Below are positions 50,130 to 64,000 of a stretch of DNA of 64,000 bases, in pieces. Every line of letters begins with the position of its first letter. The stretch's first letter is position 1. The notes beneath the pieces are model-generated. The model saw nothing but the letters and a program-made list of their open reading frames with translations. It was not told the origin of the DNA and searched no databases. This DNA comes from Eledone cirrhosa (lineage: Eukaryota): the NCBI GenBank assembly GCA_964016885.1, contig OZ024743.1, forward strand, positions 253,394,001 through 253,458,000, written 5' to 3'. A program made the translations under genes and the position numbers.

Positions 50130-50684
50130 TCTGTATATATATAAAACTAAGGATGTCTGTGTGTGGGGTGAATCCCTAAAACTCGAGAAGTACCCAACCG
50201 AATTTTTTCAAACTTTACATGTGTATTACTTATGTTTCAGGGAGTGTTATGCACATCAATTATTTGATCCCCTAGGGCCCACATTAGGTGAAAAACTGCA
50301 TTGTTTCAGGTTTTAGGGATTTTTTGAGGCGTTACGTCAGGCCGATTTTCTTGAAATTGTAACTATGTATTAATCGGTCTCTTCTTCATACCGTGAGCAA
50401 AGAAAATCCAACATTTTTAGCGCTTTTTTGAGGTGTTACGTCTAGCCGAATTTCCCGAAATTTCAAAGCCTATTATGCACATAAACAAAATTCATTTTCT
50501 TTAGGTGAAAACCTGCATTTTTCCTGCTTCATGGAGGAAAATCTTAAAGATTATCCAGCCATCAGAGTATTCGGTTTATTTTCTTTACATATTATCCAGG
50601 CATGCAGTTTTTCCACGATTAGGTCTGTTGGCGGTCCGCGTTCCAAAATACCTTATCCCATGTAACGCCGGGTACCACTGGTAG
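50130..50684 (+). mobile_element. Non-autonomous Helitron
   Basis: A|TC start followed by TGTATATATATAAAA..TGTCTGTGTGT. 3' subterminal GC hairpin CCCATGTAACGCCGGG, then GTAG|T (variant of CTAG). Inserted between A and T with no TSD. Confidence 0.75.
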
Positions 50685-53621
50685 TATTTATCTAAAACAT
50701 TTCACCATACTTTTACGTAAAAATATTTGTTCAGTTACTTTCAAAATCTCAACTTAATAATGAGAACGATAATTACTAAATTCATCAAAAGTTTTGATTA
50801 TTAAAAACAATATTTGAAATTCTGAAGCAGTATATTTTATTTGAAATAGAGTAACAAAAGATATGGAGAGTAGGACTACTTAGAGTATATTACTAAATTC
50901 CTATAGATTATTCATTTTTCAAAAATGATCTTAAAAATACAGGTAATATTTTTCATTGCAAATATAGTAATGGAACTGTGTTGAAACCATTTCCCCTTAA
51001 GCTTCAAGAACTTCGGGGGAAAATGAACAGCTTCACACTCACAAAGTAATCATTACTGATGCAATATTTTATGGCTAGATACCGTTCTTGATGTCAAACA
51101 TTTTAGTTACCTTTTCCATACACAGGGATACAATGTATTTATTCTAAACTGGACACACAGAGGATTTCATACTCATCATGGGGTTCTTTTTAAGTCAATG
51201 TTTTGCAGCCAGATAATACCACTTCTTGGTGTCAACTCTTTTAGTCACCTCTTACAACGCGCAAGTGATATCGTGATTAAATTTGTATGTAATGCTAAAA
51301 TATTTATCCACAATCTATAAGCTAACACGAACCACTTTGCTTTTCTGGACGAAAGCTAATGGCTGCATACTTTCCTATATATACAATCATGCAGAATGTC
51401 AATGAAGGAAGTAATTTAACAATTCAGTAATGCATTTACAGATTTCACCAAATAAATATACGGAACTGACTATTCCTTAATGTTTAAAATTGCTGTAATA
51501 ATACAAGTTGACAATCCCACATGCCATATTATGGAATCCGAATGCAATATTGCATTTTCCTGGAGCTGCAGCGTTACTCATGTGCATGGCGCTGCACAAA
51601 CATCGACTCCCATCGCCATCTCTCCCTTGCTTATTCATCCCCAAAGATATTTCAATTGCATGTTCCCTAGAGTGTTACTCATATGCATGATGCAGCAAAT
51701 ATTAACTCCTTCCGATCTCTCTTTCTCTCTCCCTCTCAATTGTTCACTCATCCTCAAAGATATTTCATCAGAGAGGTTATTTGTGTTTCTCTCGACTAGG
51801 CTCAAGTAGATAGCTGTAGCTATAGTGACAGTGATAGCAGTATGTCAGATGTTTTTAGCAACTGTTGAGTAGCTGGCATGGCAGTAATTTCACTTGTTCA
51901 TCGTGAAGCTCCGCCTCTCCTCAGTTGGAGTCTAATTATATGACAAGCTTTATTCCATCCTATCAGACAAAATGTCACAATTCGAAGCATCACTTTTGTT
52001 TCAGCCTCGTTTAAACGTGGGAAGTATTGTCTCCGGTATTTCCGAGATTTTATTCAGTAATGTTTTTGCATGATGTTGCATGAAAGCATGCAACACATAG
52101 CTGCAGATTCTGCATATTCTCCCATGAATGATAGAAAAGAAAAAGAAATGGAAACAGCTCTTATTATCGATAATGCAGACGTAATTGTTATAGAAACTTG
52201 ATAAGTTTCTGCCTAGGAGGCATCTCACAGAGGAGCCTAACATAGCATATTACTTAAAAGAAAAGGCCACTGAGAAATCGTATATGTAAGTTAATCTACC
52301 TTCTCACAGAAGATGCACAATGGTACTCAATAGAATTAGGACATCACATGCTTTACATCAGAATATATTGGCTATACCAGCTCATTTGCCTCATTGCAGG
52401 CATTGTTAAGTAAGTGTTTCATAAGATAGCTTCGCAATTATGAGGTCCTTGGAGTGATTCCACTGTAAAACAGCTTGGACGAGAGACTTTATGTGTCAAC
52501 GTATGCCTTGTGAATGAAATGGGGTAGATAGAAACCATGTAGCAGGTTCTCGGATCGATTGTATCAGCATTCCAAATATACAGTAGTGTCGCATACAGTG
52601 TAACACCGATTTGATTTAGGAATTACATTGGGGGTACACATATGTGTGGAATATTCAACCACTACAATACTAAAAGGATAGTACCTGTATATCACGTTGT
52701 CACATTGCTTCGTGTTGGTAATCGCAATGAGGATACATATGTATATACATGCAATAGGTATGTGAGTGACAATGTATATGAGGGACAATAGAAATATAAT
52801 GAATATGTGATAGGAAGATGCTAACATTCATTCATTTTATATTGTTAAACTCAGTTTCGACTAAAAGAAAAGAGCTCTGCAAGTATCGATGAAAATATCG
52901 TACGAAGATTTCATTATTAAACCTGCCGTGCTTCGTTACAGTTTCCATCGACGAAATTCCACCCACACTCACAAAGAATTGCTTAACTCGAGATTATAGT
53001 AGAAGTCAGTTGCTTAAATTGCTGGACGTAAGATACATGACACTATGCTCTGGGCAGACGAACTTTTTAACCCCAACAATACCGATATAATAAATGCATT
53101 TCTTGTAAAAACTAGATATTTGTGAGTCGTATAAAAGATGGTTCAGGTGACGAGACAGGCAGTACTATCCGGGCTTACTCTGACTATCTTTTTTAAGAAG
53201 TAGGAGTGAAAGGGACAAAGGGTACTTTAATGCTCGTGAAGCAACAGAATACTCTCAGGCTCAGTAGTGGTAGGGACGGATGGTTCTCCATGAAATTATC
53301 AAAAAGAAAAGTCTTAAGCCCGTCTCCTTCCTAATGTTTTACTGCTCTCAGTAGACCTGTGTTACTGATTTGTATTTTTATCGAGGCTATTTATTAAAAG
53401 TACTATTATTATGCCTACTGATTTCTCTTCCTTTATTACTCAATGTAAACACCACTATGTCTTGTTTTGTTTTTCTTGTATTACCAAAATGTCTTTAGTC
53501 CAAGGTGCCAACAAAAGAAATAATTATTATTATATTTTACTTTACCTCGCGCCTCATGACAACTAGAATGCATTAAATTATAAAACTAGTACGGAATTCA
53601 CAGGATAGCTATGACACACAC

Positions 53622-53737
<116 letters not shown>

Positions 53738-53931
53738 ACGCACGCGCGCGCATACACACACATACACATACATACACACACATACACACACATACACACA
53801 GACACAGACACACATATGTACGTGCGCATAGATTTTAACAAGATTCGGATATACATCTTTGACAGGTACAGATATGATATATATATATCTACCATATATA
53901 TATCTACCAAAACTATATATCATGCATTGTT

Positions 53932-54028
<97 letters not shown>

Positions 54029-55806
54029 ATATATATATGTATGTATGTATATATGTGTGTGTGTGTATCTTTGTGTATGTAGAAAGATAGAGAGAGAGAG
54101 AGGTGGAGATAGATATATATATAGTTACAACTGTAATTTATAACAAACAACATTACGTCTTATTAAATCTTGTCATTGCAATATAGTCCTGTAAAGTAAT
54201 TGTCAACACACATACACACAGACAATCATTATACATACACACATACACATACACAGACACACACCCACATGTACATATATATATACATACATATATATAT
54301 ATATATTATATATATATATATATTAAATAATATATATATTTATATATAATATCTACACTCAAATTTCTTTAAGGTACGGAGACCTAAGTTGAATAATGCT
54401 CTTATCTATACGGGTAAAATCCATTCGAACTATGTATGTATGTACCATGTATGTAAGTACTATGTATGTATGTACTAGGTATGTATGTACTATAATGTGT
54501 ATATATATATATATATGTATATCAACTCGAAAAATTGATTCCGGACATTCACATTTATCTCCCTAAAACCTTTCGACCGTGGATTTTAATCTCTTTGGAG
54601 AAGTGACCGTTTCTGCGCATGCGTACTCATACGGTTGTTTCTCCTTTTCCTGTCCCATATAACCATTTTCAGTCCGAGCTGATGATCCGCAATAATTGTT
54701 CTCGATATGTTACTACTTCTATTTATATATATATATATTTCGTTGACAAATATATCAATATGCCCAGACATGCAGATATAATGCCCTTTGTATGACAGTG
54801 TAGTTTTAGCTCAATGCAGGATGACTAGTATACTACAGAGCCGTTATAGTTGTATTTACTGTGGTACAGTTGTATGCGGTGCGGTACATTGGTGAACGCC
54901 AACTTGGACATACAGTGAATTTCACTTGGCATGTCGGATTGAGCGACCGAACGTGAGGATTCTGGGGAAAGCCAGTTTCTGCGGACCTGGCGTGTTTTCA
55001 ATTTCCTCACATCTGTGCCGGCTGTATATGATGCACCATACATTTCTTTAACTCGTCGTACTTTCTTTTATTTTTTATTTTAGATTTTAGGTGTATATCT
55101 CAGACCGCCTATGGTGATAAATCCTCTGAGTATAGTTTTTGGAAAAAGAGTGTTATCTCACTTAAAGTTCGGAACTGGAACATATCGATGTGGTTAGTAG
55201 GGCGCGGATATGATAAGGAGAATCGACCTGTTACAAGGCGATATAAATGGAGTACACCATCCCTCATATGGACTATCATAAATGTAAGGCTACACCACTG
55301 CTAACCAACTATTCTTTTCACAGACTCATGGTTGCAAACTCTATTGATGTGCCTGTACACCCTCTTTTTGCACTGCTTGTACTTTGATGCATCTATGATT
55401 TGCTTTGTCTTATATTTATTTGGGGTCTCAGGGATTGTTGTTCCTTTATTGTTTTGTATATTTATATTTACCCCTTTTATTATCCCTGTATTTTGGGACT
55501 TTTTTTTTTTTTTTTTTTATTATTTTCTTATTGTTTCTGATCATGCTGAGTAATACCCTCACTCTTCCCTGGCTATCTTCTCCCAACCTCTTTACCATTC
55601 TATTGCACCATTAGAGTGACACATGTTTTGGTGTAATTTTTAATTTTTATTTTTAAATTTTTAAGACATTTTATGACATTATGTGCATCATGTATTCTGC
55701 CTTTTTCCATATAGCGCTGGCCTTGGGACCCCCCTGCTGGTCCTTTAACCTTGTTCTGGTGACGCAGCTCGATGGAGCATGCAACTACTGATATACTCAT
55801 GTTTAT

Positions 55807-55854
55807 AGGCTCTGATGATTCCTGCCATGGTATATGGATGAAACAGTGTTAGCT
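55807..55854 (+). ncRNA. Type I hammerhead ribozyme motif, likely in a solo pLTR remnant ending at (TA)n
   Basis: GGCT-CTGATGA-tTCC..GGAt-GAAA-CAGTG-TT-AGCT. Confidence 0.6.
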
Positions 55855-55895
55855 AATAAAACAATGTATTTGTAAGTACTCTTTGGTTATTCCTA

Positions 55896-56496
<601 letters not shown>

Positions 56497-56510
56497 TGTA
56501 TATATATACA

Positions 56511-56581
<71 letters not shown>

Positions 56582-56831
56582 TTGCGAGGTTTTTTATATG
56601 AAATCGTGTGTCGAAACAGATATTGTTATATTTGGGGAGGGTCATATTTGCGTAATATTGCCAGAATTAATAACAGAACACACTCACTGTTTGGTTGGTT
56701 TTCGCTTCTCGCTGTCTTTTATATATATATATCTGCGATCTAACTTACTCGGTCCTCAATGTTGCCATTGACTGACCGGCGGTCAAAAATAATACAGATA
56801 CAATATAGACAAACACATATATATATAGTTT

Positions 56832-56873
56832 ACATAAATCTTTCGTTGCACATCTGCAACATCGTCAGTGGTG
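56832..56873 (-). ncRNA. Hammerhead-like motif in the PLE 3' region
   Basis: CTGACGA-tGTTGCAgatgTGCAAC-GAAA-GATT-TA. Stem I is weak. Also present at 62161-62203 (+) and decayed at about 39055-39095 (-). Confidence 0.6.
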
Positions 56874-57148
56874 TTATATTCATTGTTCCTCCTGTTGTGT
56901 TGTATGTCTACGCCATTTTTTTTTTTTGTTCAGTCTGTCTATATATTTATTTATTTATTTATTTGCTTGTTTGTTTATCTTATTTTATTTTGTCTTCTTT
57001 GCGCATGCGTTTGCGTGTGTGTATAGTGTTATGTGTGATGTGTGACTAGTGTGTATAGTGTTGTGTCTGCTGGGTGACTAGTTTGTGTTTATGTGCTTGT
57101 GTATGTATTTATTTATCTTATTTTATTTAATTTAATTTACTTATTTAT

Positions 57149-60100
57149 TTATACTTCTCTTAGGTCAGTGTTGTTTGTTTGGGTGTTGTTGTTGTTCCAC
57201 TCATTCTTTCTGTTTAGCTTTGGTCTTCTAATTTCTATTTCACTGGCCTCTCTGATTTGCCTATCTGCTGGGTCATTCCTATGTTTAGATATTATTCTAA
57301 TTTCTATGTTGTCTATGTTACCGTCATGATGTTGTCTAGCATGTTCGTATAGTACTGACCCGTTTTTTCGTCCTTTTAGTTCCCCCCAGTGTTGGTCTAT
57401 CCTTTCACCTATGCTACGAGCTGTCTCACCTATGTATGTTGTTGTCGTGTTTCTGCAAGTACCCTCTGTACATCTTATGCTATAGACTACGTTTCTAGTT
57501 TTACAGTTTATCCGGGGGTTCACCTTACATATGATACATTTCCTATTGGTACAGTGGGTTTTCTTAAAAGGGTAGGTTTTGCTGATTAGGGATTTTATGG
57601 TGGTTCCTGGCTTTTCTACCACCTTTATTTTTAAGTGGGTCTTTCTCAGGGCCTTTCTACACTGGTTAGCTAATTTCCCTCCAGGGGTGGCGTCCACAAA
57701 CATGACACTCTGATATCTCTGGTTGTCGTACCATGATGTGGCCTTCCCTATCTTATGTCTAGCCCTATCTAAGCTATTCCATGATTTGCTCCTGTATAGT
57801 GGGCAAATTCCTTTCATGTCCAGTTCTATGAGGGTCTTATACTTTTCCATGGCTCCTTCGTATACTCTGACTCTGTCTCTTTGGTTGTAGCCAGAGAACT
57901 GCATGCGGTTGATGAAGTGTTGGATGTGTCCTTCCATTTCTGTTGGGTCGCACATGCTGGACACATTCTTCATCACTCGTACCAAATCTGCGATCAGAAT
58001 ATTAAACTTAGCACTACTGGACATTGCTGAGTTTTTGAGTATCAGGTATTTGGAGGCCATGGGTTTAGCATAGTGTGAGTGGAGAATTTGGGCTCTCTCG
58101 TCTATAGTGTTAATCCAGAGTTCTGTGTCTAATACAGGTAGTCTATTGTTAGGGTGTTTGGAAGGGAAGTCTATAGTTACAGTTATACTCTGGTGTATGG
58201 AATTAGCTATCTGCTGGATGCTTTCCATCGTGCTACGTTCTAAATCAAACTTGTTAGTGCTCTCTAGTGGGGGTGTTCTTATAACTATATTGATATCGTC
58301 TACATAACGAGAGTACATGATGAGGTCTATGGAGCTTTCATTAAGGAGATCTTTAAGTCTCCTTTCCCACCATACCATGAAAAGGTTGGCAACATCGCCA
58401 GCTATGCTGACGCCGATGGCTGCTCCCTCATTTTGGGTGTAGATTTTCTCATTGAACTTAAATATGTGGCCCTTTAGGGTAGTTTTGATACTAGCCCCTA
58501 TTGCATGTGCGACCATTTTTCTTACCTGATCAGTGTTTTGGGGGGTCCGTATAGCTTTGGTCCACCCAATCCACCTTCCTATGGGAGTCTTTTTAGCCAT
58601 TGAGGTTATGGTGGGGGGTCTACCTCTTATAGGTCTACTAGGGCAGAAACATCTAAGGTCATGGCTGTCTAGGTAGTCAGTGTCATAGGTAAGTCTAAGT
58701 AGGAGGCCCAGTTCGTCTGTGTCGACGTCGCAGAACTCCACCTCACTCTCAATGATCATCTCCACACATCTTTTCACAGCAAAATCAATGTTAATGGATG
58801 GGTACAGTGACACCACATCCATGCTGCCTATTATGCAGTTGGATAGGCTCCTGTTTTTGTTGCACTCACTGATTCTGCTGAGGAGGTCCTCTGTACTTTC
58901 ACATACATCTGGGGACATCTTGATTATGGGGCGTATAACCATTGAGAGGAAGTAGGAGATCCTGTAGTTGCTAGCTATATTAGCTCCGCATACAGGTCTT
59001 GTTGGTGGTCCTATTGTCGGGTCGTCGACTGTCTTGTGGTCTTTGCGGAGCCCATACAAGGGTGGTATGCCATTGTTAGACGCCTGGAAGTTGTTGGCAG
59101 TGCGTCTGCTTGGCTTTAGGATGTCAGTCCACATCATCATGTGAGCGTTGAGGATTTTTTCTCTCCCATCGTGTGTTAGTTGTGCAACTTCGCTCGTGTT
59201 GGTGATGTGGGGTTGCATTGCCTCGATGTAGTTCGGCATGCTATCTATTGACATCCTACCAGACTTATCTGTGGGTAGACACACTACCTCACCATCCCTT
59301 GTGCGCTGCTTGAGGCTAACCAAGCCTTCTACAGGTTTTATCCCAAGTTGTTGGGCCTCTGGTCTGCTCTGTCTTATAGTGTACCTGTCTACTACTTGTC
59401 TAATCTTATTTCTAGCTATGGTGAACTGTGCCTCCGTCTCGTTATCTATTTGTTGTGGTATGCAAACTCTTTTATTAAAGGGTAACCTCGTAGGATAGAT
59501 ATTACCCATCTTATATGTTTTGTCAGCTGGGTTGAAAAATAGTTTCTCTAAGGGGTTGTCGTTATTTCTATCGTCATAGTTGTGTGTGTTGCTATTATTG
59601 TTATCATGGTGGTTGTTGTTGTTTCTATCCTTAGCATTAATATTATTATTGTTATGATTGCTAGATGTATTGTTGTTTACTTCACCGTTATTGTTGTTGT
59701 TGTTACTGCTATTTCTACCATTGTGGTTGTTACTATTATTATGTTTCTTGTTTTTTGTTGATGTTGCTACATGTACTATTTCCATTATTACCACTGTGGT
59801 TATTGTTGTTGTTGTTGTTCGTATTGTTACCGTTATTACTACTGTGGTCACTGTTGCTGTGTCTGTGGTTAACGTTTCTATTATTATTATTATTGTGGTT
59901 GTTGTTGTTCTGTCTATCGCTAGTATTATTACCATTATCACTATTTCTCACTTTCCTGCCATTGTTATGGTTATGGCTGTTATTTCTATACCCAGAGTTA
60001 TTGTTTATATTACTACTACCGTTATTATTGTTGTTGTTGTTTACCTTTGCATTCCAACGTATTTTTGTGAAACACTTTTCCAGCTCCGTTTTGCATTCCA

Positions 60101-60782
60101 TAGGATTAATCTTTTTGTAGATGGCAAATTTTGGTGGTAACTTTAGGATTTGTTGTTCTTGTTCACTGATTAAAGTGTTCCCATAGATATTTACTGTGTG
60201 GTCATTGGTAAATTCTTCCGGTAGTTTTACATCACTCATACGGATGTTGTCGATGTTATCTGGGTATTTTTGAGAATATTCGATTTTCCTTTCTTGTAGT
60301 TTTTTCTTATTCATCCATTCTAATTTCTTCTTGAAATGCCTACAGCATTCGTTTTGAGCATATTTCGTTTCGCGTCGGATGACGCTCATGAAGTCATCTC
60401 TCTCGTTTGCTGTGATGAGATTTCGGATTTCCTTACCGTTGATGCGTTTTTGTCTGTAGAGTGCGTTGACTTTTGTGTATGTTGTTCTTTTCATATTAAC
60501 TGTTATTGTGTGTTTTAGCCGTTCAGCTTGTGTTTTGTTCAATAATAAATTATTTACTTGTTTTGATATGTTTGTTGTGTATGTTTTGGAGGAAACACAG
60601 TGTTTTAAGAAGCGGATTTGTTCTGTTGTTATTGTAGTTTTTATATAACAGAAAACAGTGTCTTTCAATAACCTTTCAGCTTGGCACAAGCTAATGCCAT
60701 AGCGGCGATGAATTAGTTTTGCGAGGTTTTTTATATGAAATCGTGTGTCGAAACAGATATTGTTATATTTGGGGAGGGTCAT
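57149..60782 (-). pseudogene. PLE ORF (N-terminal domain, Asn-rich linker, RT, GIY-YIG) with a single frameshift near 59750
   Basis: IHRRYG..FLKHC, LKLPPKFAI, TDKSG, LYGLRKDHK, RPVCG, MDVVSLYPSI, GAAIG, RYVDD, LPVLD, CTNRKCIIC, NVVYSIRC..C..YIGETAR..ER..QH. Confidence 0.9.
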
Positions 60783-60976
60783 ATTTGCGTAATATTGCCA
60801 GAATTAATAACAGAACACACTCACTGTTTGGTTGGTTTTCGCTTCTCGCTGTCTTTTATATATATATATCTGCGATCTAACACCCTAACAATAGACTACC
60901 TGTATTAGACACAGAACTCTGGATTAACACTATAGACGAGAGAGCCCAAATTCTCCACTCACACTATGCTAAACCC

Positions 60977-61888
60977 ATGGCCTCCAAATACCTGATACTC
61001 AAAAACTCAGCAATGTCCAGTAGTGCTAAGTTTAATATTCTGATCGCAGATTTGGTACGAGTGATGAAGAATGTGTCCAGCATGTGCGACCCAACAGAAA
61101 TGGAAGGACACATCCAACACTTCATCAACCGCATGCAGTTCTCTGGCTACAACCAAAGAGACAGAGTCAGAGTATACGAAGGAGCCATGGAAAAGTATAA
61201 GACCCTCATAGAACTGGACATGAAAGGAATTTGCCCACTATACAGGAGCAAATCATGGAATAGCTTAGATAGGGCTAGACATAAGATAGGGAAGGCCACA
61301 TCATGGTACGACAACCAGAGATATCAGAGTGTCATGTTTGTGGACGCCACCCCTGGAGGGAAATTAGCTAACCAGTGTAGAAAGGCCCTGAGAAAGACCC
61401 ACTTAAAAATAAAGGTGGTAGAAAAGCCAGGAACCACCATAAAATCCCTAATCAGCAAAACCTACCCTTTTAAGAAAACCCACTGTACCAATAGGAAATG
61501 TATCATATGTAAGGTGAACCCCCGGATAAACTGTAAAACTAGAAACGTAGTCTATAGCATAAGATGTACAGAGGGTACTTGCAGAAACACGACAACAACA
61601 TACATAGGTGAGACAGCTCGTAGCATAGGTGAAAGGATAGACCAACACTGGGGGGAACTAAAAGGACGAAAAAACGGGTCAGTACTATACGAACATGCTA
61701 GACAACATCATGACGGTAACATAGACAACATAGAAATTAGAATAATATCTAAACATAGGAATGACCCAGCAGATAGGCAAATCAGAGAGGCCAGTGAAAT
61801 AGAAATTAGAAGACCAAAGCTAAACAGAAAGAATGAGTGGAACAACAACAACACCCAAACAAACAACACTGACCTAAGAGAAGTATAA
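60977..61888 (+). pseudogene. Inverted 5'-truncated duplicate of the PLE thumb + GIY-YIG region
   Basis: Protein is identical to the C-terminal 303 aa of ORF 57149-59941. Confidence 0.9.
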
Positions 61889-62160
61889 ATAAATAAGTAA
61901 ATTAAATTAAATAAAATAAGATAAATAAATACATACACAAGCACATAAACACACACTAGTCACCCAGCAGACACAACACTATACACACTAGTCACACATC
62001 ACACATAACACTATACACACACGCAAACGCATGCGCAAAGAAGACAAAATAAAATAAGATAAACAAACAAGCAAATAAATAAATAAATAAATATATAGAC
62101 AGACTGAACAAAAAAAAATGGCGTAGACATACAACACAACAGGAGGAACAATGAATATAA

Positions 62161-62203
62161 CACCACTGACGATGTTGCAGATGTGCAACGAAAGATTTAT
62201 GTA
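62161..62203 (+). ncRNA. Hammerhead-like motif in the inverted PLE copy
   Basis: Same motif as 56832-56873. Confidence 0.6.
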
Positions 62204-62406
62204 AACTATATATATATGTGTTTGTCTATATTGTATCTGTATTATTTTTGACCGCCGGTCAGTCAATGGCAACATTGAGGACCGAGTAAGTTAGATCGCA
62301 GATATATATATATAAAAGACAGCGAGAAGCGAAAACCAACCAAACAGTGAGTGTGTTCTGTTATTAATTCTGGCAATATTACGCAAATATGACCCTCCCC
62401 AAATAT

Positions 62407-62439
<33 letters not shown>

Positions 62440-62443
<4 letters not shown>

Positions 62444-62575
62444 AACGAGTAGGACCCCGACGGCTGAGCTCAAGCCGTTTCGACGGCTAATTCGGGTCTA
62501 TTTAGTCCAGAAATAGCCGTCGAATTAGCCGTCGAAACGGCTTGAGCTCAGCCGTCGGTGTCCTACTCGTTCCTA
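62440..62575. mobile_element. MITE-like foldback element
   Basis: Arms of about 55 bp with one mismatch (GGAACGAGTAGGAC.CCGACGGCTGAGCTCAAGCCGTTTCGACGGCTAATTCG). TA on both sides. Confidence 0.65.
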
Positions 62576-62680
62576 TTACCCACTCTACTAGCCTAAGTAT
62601 TGAGTACTTTGGTGCGTTATGGTTCACCTGGTTCCTTACCACATTTCCTTCGTTATATATATATATATATATATATATAT

Positions 62681-63950
<1,270 letters not shown>

Positions 63951-64000
63951 TTCCTAGATATAAACCTAGATTTGCCTACTGCTTCTTATAAACCATACCA

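Larger units (their letters stand above)
56577..62412 (-). mobile_element. Full-length Penelope-like element with direct pLTRs plus an inverted 5'-truncated copy, in (TA)n
   Basis: pLTR 56577-56744 is repeated at 60714-60881. ORF runs 60782 to 57149. Inverted copy of 58157-56622 lies at about 60881-62412. (TA)n on both flanks. Confidence 0.93.

Noticed and set aside
51480-52250. Possible host exon or decayed LINE
   Set aside because: Only short ORFs without recognisable motifs. Could not be assigned from sequence alone.
59739-59770. Programmed -1 frameshift at AAAAAAC joining the two PLE ORF halves
   Set aside because: The downstream frame is +1 relative to the upstream frame and the heptamer is not phased for -1 slippage. 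A homopolymer indel (mutation or assembly error) is simpler.

Overview
Eukaryotic, AT-rich, gene-free window made almost entirely of retroelements and microsatellites. The SINE/RTE repeat repertoire resembles cephalopod (octopus-like) DNA, but that is an inference. No host protein-coding gene could be supported. The window divides into two microsatellite-defined zones. Zone 1 (1-29.8 kb) is (AAT)n/(ATT)n-associated. It has two decayed R4/Dong-type RLE non-LTR elements and two full-length L1/Tx1-clade LINEs (23316-29314 has intact ORF1 and ORF2). It also has truncated and chimeric copies of both, RTE fragments, and a tRNA-derived SINE whose (ATT)n tails are the insertion sites. Zone 2 (34-64 kb) is (TA)n-associated. 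It has several Penelope-like elements (RT + GIY-YIG) with pseudo-LTRs and inverted copies, several hammerhead-ribozyme motifs, tandem non-autonomous units, a tRNA-headed element with Penelope-like architecture, a non-autonomous Helitron and a MITE-like palindrome. Most notable: (a) ORF1/5'UTR exchange between Tx1 copies with near-identical ORF2; (b) a shared SINE/Tx1 3' terminus; (c) a head-to-head Dong/Tx1 chimera; (d) a covarying 3' stem-loop in two Dong families; (e) a set of (TA)n-targeted small elements, ribozyme- or tRNA-bearing, that may be mobilised by the resident Penelope elements.
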